Part shown: one piece after another, positions 8,535 to 17,706 of the stretch | How the letters are laid out: each line of letters opens with the position of its first letter | How positions within the stretch are numbered: the stretch's first letter is position 1 | Assembly (NCBI GenBank): GCA_031264075.1 | Contig: JAISEO010000101.1 | Span: forward strand, 1-57,251 | DNA: 57,251 nt | DNA from: Coriobacteriales bacterium | GTDB lineage: Bacteria; Actinomycetota; Coriobacteriia; Coriobacteriales; UBA8131 | Direction: 5' to 3' | The notes under the pieces: generated by a model | Database searches by the model: none | What the model was told of the DNA's origin: nothing | The model's input: only the letters and a program-made list of their open reading frames with translations | Position numbers and translations under genes: made by a program

Positions 8535-9647
8535 TTAGTGGGGGGAGTGGGTAAAGCTCGTAAAGCCCTTCTCCTCCACCAGGCCAAAATCCTCGATTCT
8601 GACCCCGCCATATCCCGGGAGGTACACACCCGGCTCCACGGTGACAACATTGCCCGCAACCAGAGCCGTGGTGTTCTTTGGCGAGAGCGCGGGGGCCTCA
8701 TGCACGTCGATGCCCACGCCGTGGCCGAGTGAATGGGTGAATCGCTCATCCAGGCCTTCCGTCTTGAGCACCGTGCGCGCGCTCTCGTAGGCCTGTCCGC
8801 CGGTCTTGCCCGCCCTGATGCCTGCCTTGGCCTCGGTCTGCGCGGCAAGCACCGCGTCGTATATCCGGCGCTGCTCATCCGTTGCCTCGCCCATAACAAG
8901 GGTTCGCGTCATATCGGCGCAGTAATCCCTGTACCGCGCCCCAAAATCGAGGATGAGAAAATCGCCTGTCCGCAAGGTCCGGCCCGTGGGACGGGCATGG
9001 GGAACAGCAGCGTTGGGTCCGGAGGCAGCGATGGTGGGGAAGGCAAGGCCCTCGGCACCCTTATCCCTCAGGATGAAGTCCAGGCGATTGGCTACCTCCT
9101 GCTCCCTCATGCCGCAGCTTATCCAGCTGAGCAGCTCGGCAAAGGCGGCATCGGTGATGGCCTGGGCCCGGCGTAGCAGTTTTATCTCTTCCTCATCTTT
9201 AACGGCACGAAGATCCTCAAACACCCGCTTGACTTCCACCAGCCTGACCGTCGTCTGAGACAGCTCTTTTTTGAGCGCCTTGAACTGGTTCAGGCGGATG
9301 TTTGACTCGTACCCCAGACGCAGGCCCTGCTGAGCGTATCGGGCCAGCGTTTGCCGAGCAAATTCAAAGTGGTCGGGTGTTTTGGTGTTGATCTGCCAGA
9401 GACCCTCCGTGTTTTTGGCCTGCAGGGCTTCGGCGTAGCGCGCATCGGTGTGGATATACGCCTTCTTCGCCGTAATCAGCGCGAGATGTGCCGGTTCATC
9501 ATCAAAGACCTCCTGCCAGGCGCTCAGCCAACGCAGATTGGCCGGATTCAGGGTGAGCAGGGCATCGAGCCTGAGCTCGCGCATGCGCGCGCGGAGCTGT
9601 TTCAAGCGGTTGCGCGCATAATCGGATTGCGTTCGTCCTTGTGCCAT
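8535..9647 (-). CDS. Xaa-Pro aminopeptidase / M24 family metallopeptidase
   Basis: Creatinase-like N-domain followed by an M24 core with the signature HSLGHGVGIDVHE and metal ligands (DFGARY...D, E...E). Confidence 0.85.
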   Translation of the reverse strand: MAQGRTQSDYARNRLKQLRARMRELRLDALLTLNPANLRWLSAWQEVFDDEPAHLALITAKKAYIHTDARYAEALQAKNTEGLWQINTKTPDHFEFARQTLARYAQQGLRLGYESNIRLNQFKALKKELSQTTVRLVEVKRVFEDLRAVKDEEEIKLLRRAQAITDAAFAELLSWISCGMREQEVANRLDFILRDKGAEGLAFPTIAASGPNAAVPHARPTGRTLRTGDFLILDFGARYRDYCADMTRTLVMGEATDEQRRIYDAVLAAQTEAKAGIRAGKTGGQAYESARTVLKTEGLDERFTHSLGHGVGIDVHEAPALSPKNTTALVAGNVVTVEPGVYLPGYGGVRIEDFGLVEEKGFTSFTHSPH

Positions 9648-9660
9648 GTCAGTGCCGCGC

Positions 9661-10104
9661 TCAGCGCTTCTCCACGAGATCCATCAAAAAATCCAGCGCC
9701 TCTTTGTAGGAATCCAGATGCCTGCCCATGAACTGGGCCGCACAGACCTCTGCGATAATCGAATGCTGCCCGGCCTCCTTCCCCCGGCTCACATCCTCCA
9801 GATGCACCTCCACCACGGGCAGCCCGGCGTGCTCCACTGCGTCGTGCAGGGCTACGGAATAGTAGCAGAGCGCAGAGGGATTGAACAGGAGGCCGTCGTA
9901 TTGCAGGGCGGCCTTCTGCACCAGGTCGATAAGCTGGCCTTCATGATTGGTCTGATAAAAGACCAGCTCCAGGTCCTCGCGGATCTCTGTGCCGTAGCGT
10001 GCCAGCGCCTTATTCAGCTCCGTGAGCGTCATCTCGCCCGTAGGCGCCGCACCCGTATAGCCCAGCATGTTAAGGTTGGGGCCATTCAGTACCAGCAGCT
10101 TCAT
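9661..10104 (-). CDS. aroQ: type II 3-dehydroquinate dehydratase homologue with substituted catalytic residues
   Basis: MKLLVLNGPNLNMLG...YQTNHEGQLID...FNPSAL...VVEVHL follows the AroQ fold pattern. ATG 10104 has a GAGGAA SD upstream. See the findings for the missing Arg/Tyr/His residues. Confidence 0.7.
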   Translation of the reverse strand: MKLLVLNGPNLNMLGYTGAAPTGEMTLTELNKALARYGTEIREDLELVFYQTNHEGQLIDLVQKAALQYDGLLFNPSALCYYSVALHDAVEHAGLPVVEVHLEDVSRGKEAGQHSIIAEVCAAQFMGRHLDSYKEALDFLMDLVEKR

Positions 10105-10153
10105 AGCATTCCTCGCTTCCCTCTGTTTCACTCAAACCCCTGCCCAGCTTCTC

Positions 10154-10633
10154 TCACGCATCAACGAGCTTCTTCTCCAGCAGGCGAAAGATCCTCGTAT
10201 ACCACAGGTCGGTGGTGGAGAGCGGCTCCACCTGTATGCAGGGAATGACGCACAGGCGGGCACCCAGTATGTCGGTGAAGGCATGATCGCCCACGGCAAC
10301 GGTGTTTGCGCGGTGCGCGCCGATCTTTGCGAGGGCCTTGACATAGGCCACCGGAAGCGGCTTCATCGCCCGGTAGACTATCGGCATGTCGAGCGCCTTC
10401 GCATAGTCGCAGGTCGTCCGATGCCAGTTATTGGAGAGCAGGCAGCAGGCAATACCCGCCGCTTTCATGGTTTTGGCCCAGGCGAGCACGGAGCTACTCA
10501 GCTCACCGGTTGCCCTTGATACCAGCGTATTGTCCACATCGAGCAACAGGGCGGTAAAGCCCCTGCTCCGGAGGAACTCCGGGCTTATATCCTCGACCCT
10601 GGCGAGCCGTACATCGGCCGTTAACAGTTCCAT
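10154..10633 (-). CDS. YqeG-type HAD-IIIA phosphatase
   Basis: HAD motif I LLLDVDNTL, motif II LLSNN, and a C-terminal VGDHAFTDILGA. Size and layout match the YqeG family. Confidence 0.8.
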   Translation of the reverse strand: MELLTADVRLARVEDISPEFLRSRGFTALLLDVDNTLVSRATGELSSSVLAWAKTMKAAGIACCLLSNNWHRTTCDYAKALDMPIVYRAMKPLPVAYVKALAKIGAHRANTVAVGDHAFTDILGARLCVIPCIQVEPLSTTDLWYTRIFRLLEKKLVDA

Positions 10634-10635
10634 GG

Positions 10636-11958
10636 CTACTCGATTCCAAAGATACGCTCGTACTCGGCCTTGGCGGCCTCGAACTCCTCGCTGCTAGCGC
10701 AAAAGGTGTGAAAGCCCTCAACCGAGGTGAGCACGTAATAGTAGTAGTCGCTCTCCTCGGGATGCGCGGCGGCTTCCATCGACTCGATGCTCGGAGAGCA
10801 GATGGGTCCGGCCGGCAACTCGTCAACAAGATAGGTGTTATAGGGGCTGTCCACCTCAAGGTCCTCGTAGCTCACGCCCCTGCCGCCGTAGGCCGCGCCC
10901 AGCGCGTAGACCACGGTCGCGTCTATCTGGAGCCTCATCCCGTCGCGCAGGCGGTTGTAGATGACCGAGGATATGAGGGGGCGCTCCGCGGCAACGGCGG
11001 TCTCCTTCTCTATGAGCGAGGCCATGGTAACGACATGAAACAGATTCATGCCATGCTCCCCGGCGTAGGCCAGGCTCAGGCCGGCTGTTTCCAGAGCGAA
11101 CTGATCGAGCATGACCCGCACAACATAGTCCGCGTTGGAACCCGTGGGTATGGTGTAGGTCTTGGGATAGAGAAAGCCTTCGAGGGAGTTGTTGTAGACG
11201 CCGTCGAGGAAGGGGTACTCGCCCACATACTCAGAGGCCGCAGAGGTCCGTGCGAGGAACTCAGCGGCGGGTATGGCACAGGCGTCCTGCACGGCTGCCG
11301 CCGTCTGCTCCACCGTAAGGCCCTCGGGCACGGTGAGCCGGTAGCCATCGGATGCAGGCCCTGAGGCCAACAGGCTGATGAGCGTGGTGGTATCCATGAG
11401 GGTCGAAAGCTCGTAGGTGCCGGGCTTGAGGCTCTGTTCGGCGCCCAGGTTCCGCACCTCCCTGGTAAAGCTGAGCGTGTCGCTGATGACGTTCTTCTGT
11501 TTGAGGATGCCTGCTATCTCATCGGTGGTTGCCCCATCGGGGATGGTGACGGTAACGGCGACTCCCGGCTCGACCTCCACCGGGGTAAACAGCGTGCTGA
11601 GCGCCAGAAAGCCGGCGGCAGCCAGGGCCAGCAGCACCACGACGAGAGGGATGACGATGAGCAGGGTCCTGGACCTGGAGTGGCGACGCCGGCTGCCCGT
11701 CTCATGCACGGCCTCATGGTGTTTGAAGGCATGCGGTGTGGCCGCGCGGGCTTTGGCGCCAGCCAGGTCGGAGCTTTGGCGGGCACGGCGCGGATGCTCG
11801 GACTGCACCGGCGGTAAGCTGCTTATGATCGACCTTTCAGGCTCGGAGCCGTCTGCCGTAGTACCCTTCTCAGCCTGTTGTCTGTTCGGTGCCGGATGCT
11901 CCTCGGACGAATTGTCCTCCGGGGTGGGGCGGGAATGCTTGCCGCGATAACTTGCCAT
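10636..11958 (-). CDS. mltG: endolytic murein transglycosylase MltG (YceG-like) with a long disordered N-terminus
   Basis: Single TM (LLIVIPLVVVLLALAAAGFLAL) and a YceG domain with IYNRLRDGMRLQIDATVVYALG and SPYNTYLVDELPAGPICSP. The start is uncertain: ATG 11958 (AAGGA upstream) is chosen, with ATG 12045 and 12015 as alternatives. Confidence 0.82.
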   Translation of the reverse strand: MASYRGKHSRPTPEDNSSEEHPAPNRQQAEKGTTADGSEPERSIISSLPPVQSEHPRRARQSSDLAGAKARAATPHAFKHHEAVHETGSRRRHSRSRTLLIVIPLVVVLLALAAAGFLALSTLFTPVEVEPGVAVTVTIPDGATTDEIAGILKQKNVISDTLSFTREVRNLGAEQSLKPGTYELSTLMDTTTLISLLASGPASDGYRLTVPEGLTVEQTAAAVQDACAIPAAEFLARTSAASEYVGEYPFLDGVYNNSLEGFLYPKTYTIPTGSNADYVVRVMLDQFALETAGLSLAYAGEHGMNLFHVVTMASLIEKETAVAAERPLISSVIYNRLRDGMRLQIDATVVYALGAAYGGRGVSYEDLEVDSPYNTYLVDELPAGPICSPSIESMEAAAHPEESDYYYYVLTSVEGFHTFCASSEEFEAAKAEYERIFGIE

Positions 11959-12076
11959 TATCAGTAATCCTTGTCCAGTTCTCTTGCAGGTCGTATGCGA
12001 ACGAAGAAGCCGCATTGCCCAACTGCCCAACAAAGCTGCTGCCATCCACAGGGCCTGATGCTCAGGGAAAAGCCGC

Positions 12077-12508
12077 CTATACGGTCTCCCTCTGGAGAGA
12101 CGACATGCCGTCGAGCCAGGTCTGTAATAAGATGCCGGCGGCTATTTTATCAGTTCTTCCCCGCATGTCCCTCTCGTTGTAACCCATCTGTCTCAGAACG
12201 CTCCTCGCTTCAACACTGGAGAGGCGTTCGTCGGCTAACTCGACGGGGAGGCCATAGAGCTGTTCGAGTTGCCGTGCCTGGCTCTGGATACGCCGGGCCT
12301 GCGTGTGCTCGGAGCCATCGAGCGAGAGGGGCAGGCCAACTATCAGGCGCTCGACGCTGTAATCTGCCAGAAGCCGCCTGAAGGAGGGTGCCTTGCTCAG
12401 GATCTCGTGCGTGGGCACGACCCTCAGAGGGTGAGCTATCCTGAGTGCGGGGTCGCTGACGGCAACGCCCGTGCGCTTTTCGCCCAGATCGAGGGCCATG
12501 ACGCTCAT
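12077..12508 (-). CDS. ruvX: Holliday junction resolvase-like protein RuvX/YqgF
   Basis: ALDLGEKRTGVAVSDP N-terminal motif, 143 aa, in the conserved position between alaS and mltG. Confidence 0.9.
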   Translation of the reverse strand: MSVMALDLGEKRTGVAVSDPALRIAHPLRVVPTHEILSKAPSFRRLLADYSVERLIVGLPLSLDGSEHTQARRIQSQARQLEQLYGLPVELADERLSSVEARSVLRQMGYNERDMRGRTDKIAAGILLQTWLDGMSSLQRETV

Positions 12509-12518
12509 GGCTCAGCGC

Positions 12519-15251
12519 TCACAGGCTCGACGCTCCCAGCATATCGCGGGCAAGGGTGAGGGCGGCATCCAGGCCCTGGGCGTCCTTACCTCCTGCCTGT
12601 GCCATGGACGGCTTTCCGCCGCCTCTGCCGCCTATGAGGGGGGCAAGCTCGCGGATAAGCGCTCCCGCGTCAAAACCGGCCGCAACCGCCCTGGTGGTAG
12701 CGGCAGCCAGGAGAGAAGGCATGCCGTTTGGGCCGAGGCTCGCCAGTACCACGGCAGAGGAGTCGCCGAGTCTTTGGCGCAGGAAGTCCGCCGCCTCGCG
12801 CAACTGGCCGCCGTCGAGACCGTCCTGGCGCAGGACGAGCAGCTGGTAACCCGGGTCGTTCCCCGTATCACCGCCCAGCTGCACGGCTTCTCCGAGATGC
12901 TCGGAGAGCTGGTCTGTGGCCGCACCCGAGCTGAGACGCGCCAACTCCGCCTCCAGCGTGCGCAGCTGTTGCAACTGTGCCTCGACGCGGATGGATACCT
13001 CATCGGGTGTGGTCTTGAGGAGCGCCGCCGCCCGGCCGAGCTCGTCCTCGGCCCGCTTGTAACGGTCGAGGGCGTCAAAGGAAGTCACCGCCTCGATGCG
13101 ACGCAGGCTGGCACCAACGGACGACTCGCCCACTATCTTGAAGAGCCCTATCTGTGCCGTGTGGGAAACATGGGTGCCCCCGCAGAGTTCACGGGAATGG
13201 GGTCCGGCCTCAAGCACCCGCACCCGTTCACCATACTTCTCGCCAAACAGCGCGGTAACGCCGCTGGCCCGGGCCTCATCCAGCGAGGTCTCAAAGGAGC
13301 TGACCGTGCCATCCTCCATGATGAGCGTGTTAACCAGTTGCTCCACGGCAGCAAGCTGCTCGTGCGACAGTGGTTCAAAATGCGTGAAGTCAAAGCGGAG
13401 TCGTTCCGGGGCCACCAACGAACCGGCCTGCTTGATGTGCTCGCCGAGCACCTCTTGCAGCGCATGGTGCAGGAGATGGGTGGCCGTGTGATTACGCTCT
13501 ATGCGCTCGCGCCTGAGGCTGTCGATGGCCGCGCGCACCGTGTTGCCAACGCTGAGGCTCCCGTCTATGTGGCCGAGGTGTACGACAAGGCCGCCCGCAC
13601 GCAGCTGGGTATCCTCAACGGTAAAGACCCCTGCCGGTGCCTCTGCCTTGGATGTTTCGGAGTCCTCTCCCGACAGGATAAGGCCGGTGTCGCCGAGTTG
13701 TCCACCCTTCTCCGCGTAGAAGGGGCTCTGGTCGAGCACGAGTTCGGCTGCCTGGCCATCGTGGATTTCTGCAACGCTCTGTCCCTCCACGATGAGCGCG
13801 ATGACTTCCGCGGTGGTCTCTGTATGGGTATAGCCGGTAAAGTCCGTGGGGCCGTGCTCGTTAAGGAGGGTTTCGTAGAGATCGTCGCCCGTGCTCCAGG
13901 CCTCTCCCTTCGCGTGCGCGCGACCCTGCGCCTGCTGCTCGTGCATGAGCTCGTCAAAGCCCGCGCGGTCCACCGCTATGCCCTGCTCCCCGGCAATCTC
14001 AACGGTCAGGTCAAGAGGGAAGCCAAACCGGTCATGCAGCTCAAAGGCCACCGCGCCACTGAGCGTGTCCCCGTGCTGGAGGCTGTCGAGATGCTCATCC
14101 AGGAAGCCCTGGCCGTGCTGGAGGGTCAGGGCAAAGCGTTCTTCCTCTGCGTGTGCGATGCGCTGTATGAGCGCACGGTTCTCGGCAATCTCCGGGTAGC
14201 TGCCGCCCATCTCGGCTATGACCACGTCGATGAACTCGCCGAGGAAGGGCCCCTCGATGCCCAGAAGCAGGCCATGTCTGAGCGCCCGGCGCAGCAGGCG
14301 GCGCAGCACATAGCCACGGCCTTCATTGGCGGGTAGAACGCCGTCGCCTATCAGGAAGGTCAGGGCACGGGAGTGATCGGCGAGGATGCGCAGGGAGAGG
14401 TCCCGTGCCAGCTGCTCTGCGTTCTGAGCGGCGGCCTCGTCGCTGCTTGCAGAGGCAAAGCTGTCGGTGTAGTGCTGTCCGCTGAGACGCTCCCCCACCG
14501 CAATAAGCCCGCGCAGCAGGTCGGTCTCGTAGTTGGACTGCACACCCTGCAGCAGGGCGGCCGTACGCTCCAGGCCCAGGCCGGTGTCGATATTCTTTGT
14601 GGGAAGATCGATGAGCCGCCCGTCCTCCTGCAGGTCGTACTGGGTAAAGACGAGATTCCAGAACTCGATGTAGCGGTCGCAGTCGCAGCCAGGTGCGCAG
14701 TCCGCTCTGCCACAGCCCAACTCCGGGCCCTGATCGTAGTACAGCTCGCTGCACGGGCCACAGGGCCCGGTGCTGCCGGCCACCCAGAAATTGTCCTCCT
14801 TGCCGAGCCTCGTGATGTGGCTTCTGTCCACACCCAGGCTCTCCCAGATGCCAAAGGTCTCATCGTCATCCACGTAGACGGTATAGTAGAGCCGTTCCGT
14901 CGCAAAACCCAGCACCTCGGTGGCAAACTCCTGGGCCCAGGCGCACATCTGCTGCTTGAAGTAGCTGCCAAAGGCGAAGTTGCCCAGCATCTCAAAGAAG
15001 CTGAGGTGCCTGCCCGTGGTGCCGATGATATCGATGTCGGTGGTGCGCACACACTTCTGCACGGTGGTCGTGCCGATGTAGGGCGCCTCAAGCTGCTTCT
15101 GCTGCAGGAAATAGGGCTTGAACTGCACCATTCCGGCACTGGTGAGCAACAGGGACGGGTCGTCCGGTATGAGGGAGGAAGAGGGCATGCGTTTGCAGCC
15201 CTTGGACTCAAAAAAAGCCAGGTACTTCTCCCGTAGTTCTGCAGTACGCAT
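12519..15251 (-). CDS. alaS: alanine--tRNA ligase
   Basis: MRTAELREKYLAFFESKGC..., class II core, editing-domain HTATHLLH, C-terminal GGRGGGKPSMAQAGG. Start ATG 15251 with a GAGGAC SD. The 120-codon upstream extension in the track overlaps the neighbouring transporter gene and is rejected. Confidence 0.95.
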   Translation of the reverse strand: MRTAELREKYLAFFESKGCKRMPSSSLIPDDPSLLLTSAGMVQFKPYFLQQKQLEAPYIGTTTVQKCVRTTDIDIIGTTGRHLSFFEMLGNFAFGSYFKQQMCAWAQEFATEVLGFATERLYYTVYVDDDETFGIWESLGVDRSHITRLGKEDNFWVAGSTGPCGPCSELYYDQGPELGCGRADCAPGCDCDRYIEFWNLVFTQYDLQEDGRLIDLPTKNIDTGLGLERTAALLQGVQSNYETDLLRGLIAVGERLSGQHYTDSFASASSDEAAAQNAEQLARDLSLRILADHSRALTFLIGDGVLPANEGRGYVLRRLLRRALRHGLLLGIEGPFLGEFIDVVIAEMGGSYPEIAENRALIQRIAHAEEERFALTLQHGQGFLDEHLDSLQHGDTLSGAVAFELHDRFGFPLDLTVEIAGEQGIAVDRAGFDELMHEQQAQGRAHAKGEAWSTGDDLYETLLNEHGPTDFTGYTHTETTAEVIALIVEGQSVAEIHDGQAAELVLDQSPFYAEKGGQLGDTGLILSGEDSETSKAEAPAGVFTVEDTQLRAGGLVVHLGHIDGSLSVGNTVRAAIDSLRRERIERNHTATHLLHHALQEVLGEHIKQAGSLVAPERLRFDFTHFEPLSHEQLAAVEQLVNTLIMEDGTVSSFETSLDEARASGVTALFGEKYGERVRVLEAGPHSRELCGGTHVSHTAQIGLFKIVGESSVGASLRRIEAVTSFDALDRYKRAEDELGRAAALLKTTPDEVSIRVEAQLQQLRTLEAELARLSSGAATDQLSEHLGEAVQLGGDTGNDPGYQLLVLRQDGLDGGQLREAADFLRQRLGDSSAVVLASLGPNGMPSLLAAATTRAVAAGFDAGALIRELAPLIGGRGGGKPSMAQAGGKDAQGLDAALTLARDMLGASSL

Positions 15252-15276
15252 AATCTGGTCCTCGGAGAGCCTTTCC

Positions 15277-16671
15277 TTATGTCTGCTTAGGCGGATCTGT
15301 CTGGATGGGTGCAGCGTCTTTGGCGTCTTTGGCCTCTTTGCTGCCCGTTGCTGTCGCGCTCTCGGTGGCTGCGCTGTCCCAGGTGTCAGTGGTTGCCGCC
15401 TCGCCAGTCGGATCTGCTGTTTTTTCCGGTGTTCCTGCGGTGCTCCCCGGGACCTTCTTCCCACCCAGGAGCATTTGGAGCAGCCTCGTCGGCAGGCCCT
15501 TGCGGAGCGAATCGACCTCGGGGTTGACATCTGAGGAAGGGTGCCCCTTGAACAGGGCGCCATCCTCACTGATGAGCTGGCGTCCGGTCGTCTTCTCAAA
15601 GTAGTAGACAAAAATCGCCTTGACTGCCGAGGTCAGCGGTACCGCACAGAGCATGCCGAAGATACCGCCGAGGGCGGCGCCTACAAAGATGACCACCAAA
15701 ATAACAGCGGGATGCAGCTCGACGCTCCCGCCCATGACCCGGGGGTAGATGAGGTTGTCGTTGAGCATCTGTGCGACTATGGTGAGCACCAGCGCCAGAA
15801 TGCCGGTGAGCGGCGAGACGAAGAGGCCTATGATACCGGCGAGTATCCATGCGACGGCTGGCCCGATGAAGGGAACAAAGACCATGAGCCCCGTAAAGAG
15901 GGCCATGACCGCCGGATACGGCAGGCCGATGGCCGTGTAGGCGATGAAGGCCAGCGTGCCCGTACAGAGACACGACACCACCATGCCCCGCAAGTAGCCA
16001 CCGAGGGAGCGGGAGAAGGCGGCAGCTATGACATGGACATCCTCGGTGTAGCGGGGCCCGACTATCTTGTAGACCTCAGCGCTGAACCGGGGCAGATCGA
16101 TGAGTATCCAGAATCCCACCACAAGCGAGACACCGGCAACAAGAAAGAAGGTGGAGATGGTTGAGGCCGTAGTCACGACGGCGTTGGCACTGTCAGAGGC
16201 CATGGAGCTGGCCCATTTTGCCATCTCGCTCCCAATGGTACTGACCACGTCCTGGATGCCGGACTCCTGGAGAATCGAGCTTATCTGAGAAAAGGCCTGA
16301 GAGAAGTAGTTGCTCGCGTCCTGGATGTACTGGGGCAGCATACCCACAAAGCTGACGAACTGCTCCATGATAACCGGGATGAATACCAGGGCTATGGCGG
16401 CGATGACCAATATGGCCACGATATACATGATGACGGCGCCGAGGATGCGGGGCACGCCCTTGCGTTCCAGAAAGGCCACGGGTGTATGGAGGACAAACAC
16501 CAGGAAGGCGGAGAACAATATGATGGAGATGGGCGTCCAGATCTGCCCGATGACCCAGAGCGCCGCCACGACTATCAGCGTTATGCCGATGACGGTAAAG
16601 GTCAGATAGAAGCGTCGTCTGGTGGTTGTTATCGTGTCGTGAGTGTGAGCCACGTGTGTTCCCCGGTTCAT
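15277..16671 (-). CDS. AI-2E family transporter (PerM/UPF0118) with a low-complexity C-terminal tail
   Basis: About 8 TM segments with the typical layout (…LNDNLIYPRVMG…). The C-terminal ~80 aa are Thr/Ala/Lys-rich. Confidence 0.85.
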   Translation of the reverse strand: MNRGTHVAHTHDTITTTRRRFYLTFTVIGITLIVVAALWVIGQIWTPISIILFSAFLVFVLHTPVAFLERKGVPRILGAVIMYIVAILVIAAIALVFIPVIMEQFVSFVGMLPQYIQDASNYFSQAFSQISSILQESGIQDVVSTIGSEMAKWASSMASDSANAVVTTASTISTFFLVAGVSLVVGFWILIDLPRFSAEVYKIVGPRYTEDVHVIAAAFSRSLGGYLRGMVVSCLCTGTLAFIAYTAIGLPYPAVMALFTGLMVFVPFIGPAVAWILAGIIGLFVSPLTGILALVLTIVAQMLNDNLIYPRVMGGSVELHPAVILVVIFVGAALGGIFGMLCAVPLTSAVKAIFVYYFEKTTGRQLISEDGALFKGHPSSDVNPEVDSLRKGLPTRLLQMLLGGKKVPGSTAGTPEKTADPTGEAATTDTWDSAATESATATGSKEAKDAKDAAPIQTDPPKQT

Positions 16672-16718
16672 CCTGTTCGCTGATGTGTATGATGCGTCGC
16701 GCTGTGCCTTCTCAGCGT

Positions 16719-17600
16719 CTACTCGGCGCGCCTGCCCTCTTTGACGCTTTCGTCGTCGGTATAAAAGAGGTAGAAACCCTCCTGCGCCACAGGCGTGGAG
16801 CCGGGGCCAGGCGGTGTCTGAAGGTCGTCGTCCGGCTCAAAGTCGGGCGTGTAGCCTACCTGCACGGAGCTGCTCGGCTGTGCCCCGGACAAGGGCGGTA
16901 CAGCGGGCTCCTGCTGGGTCACCGGCTCCGGTGTGTGTGCCGGCGTCGGTGGTACTGCCGCTCCGGCGACAGGTTCAGGGGCAGCATAGGGAGCAGCGTC
17001 AGGAGCAGGCCCGGCAACCGCTACGCTAGCAGGGGGTGGCTCGGGAGCTGCAACCGGCTCAGCCGCGGGTTCGGGAGCGGGGGAAGCTACGGGAACGGGA
17101 GAAGGCTCGGGAGAAACCGCAGCCGCAGGAGCTTCTGCAGCGTCGGCCTGCCTGGGCGTGCTGCTCTTTTCAGCCGAACGATTGACGACCTTCTCAGCCT
17201 TCCGCTTTTCCCTGGAGGAGCCAAAGAGGTCACGAACCTTGTCCGTAGCGGCGGTGAGCAGATTGAGCGGCGCATCCGTTATCTCGGCCACCTTGTCCAC
17301 GGCGTCCGTGGCGGTGGAGGTTATCTCGGAGATGTCCGCGAGGATGGTGTCGGCACGCATTATCTCCAGATTGACGGCGTCCACCGTCAATGAGACACGC
17401 TCCATGAGCGGGTCCACCCGCTTGAGCGCCGGCTGTAAGTCTTCCAGCATCTTGTTGGCCGAGCTGATGGTCGGCTGAATATCGTCGATGGTCCGGTTGA
17501 TCTTGCGCACCGTGCCAACAACGTGAATGACCAGCACAATGAGCGCGACCACAAGGACTATGGCAACTATGATGAGCACGAGTATCGCTGTGTCATTCAT
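16719..17600 (-). CDS. DUF948-like membrane-anchored coiled-coil protein with a Pro/Ala-rich C-terminal half
   Basis: N-terminal TM (ILVLIIVAIVLVVALIVLVI), then a helical region (INRTIDDIQPTISSANKMLEDLQPALKRVDPLMERV...). The C-terminus is a PAP/EPA-rich low-complexity region. Confidence 0.65.
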   Translation of the reverse strand: MNDTAILVLIIVAIVLVVALIVLVIHVVGTVRKINRTIDDIQPTISSANKMLEDLQPALKRVDPLMERVSLTVDAVNLEIMRADTILADISEITSTATDAVDKVAEITDAPLNLLTAATDKVRDLFGSSREKRKAEKVVNRSAEKSSTPRQADAAEAPAAAVSPEPSPVPVASPAPEPAAEPVAAPEPPPASVAVAGPAPDAAPYAAPEPVAGAAVPPTPAHTPEPVTQQEPAVPPLSGAQPSSSVQVGYTPDFEPDDDLQTPPGPGSTPVAQEGFYLFYTDDESVKEGRRAE

Positions 17601-17706
17601 CGCGGCTCCCTTCCCGAGGTAATCTGTTGCTTCCCATCATAGCACAGGATGTGCCCAGGGCCCCCAGCGTATCGCAGCCGCTTGGGAAATCTGCCCCCGG
17701 CCCGCC

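Noticed and set aside
12471-14336. 621-aa plus-strand ORF
   Set aside because: It lies entirely antisense to alaS. This is a typical long open antisense frame in high-GC DNA, with no recognisable motifs.
15252-15611. 120-codon N-terminal extension of alaS in the ORF track
   Set aside because: It overlaps the 3' end of the AI-2E transporter gene and is Arg/Pro/Ser-rich. The conserved AlaS N-terminus (MRTAELREKYL) starts at ATG 15251 with its own SD.
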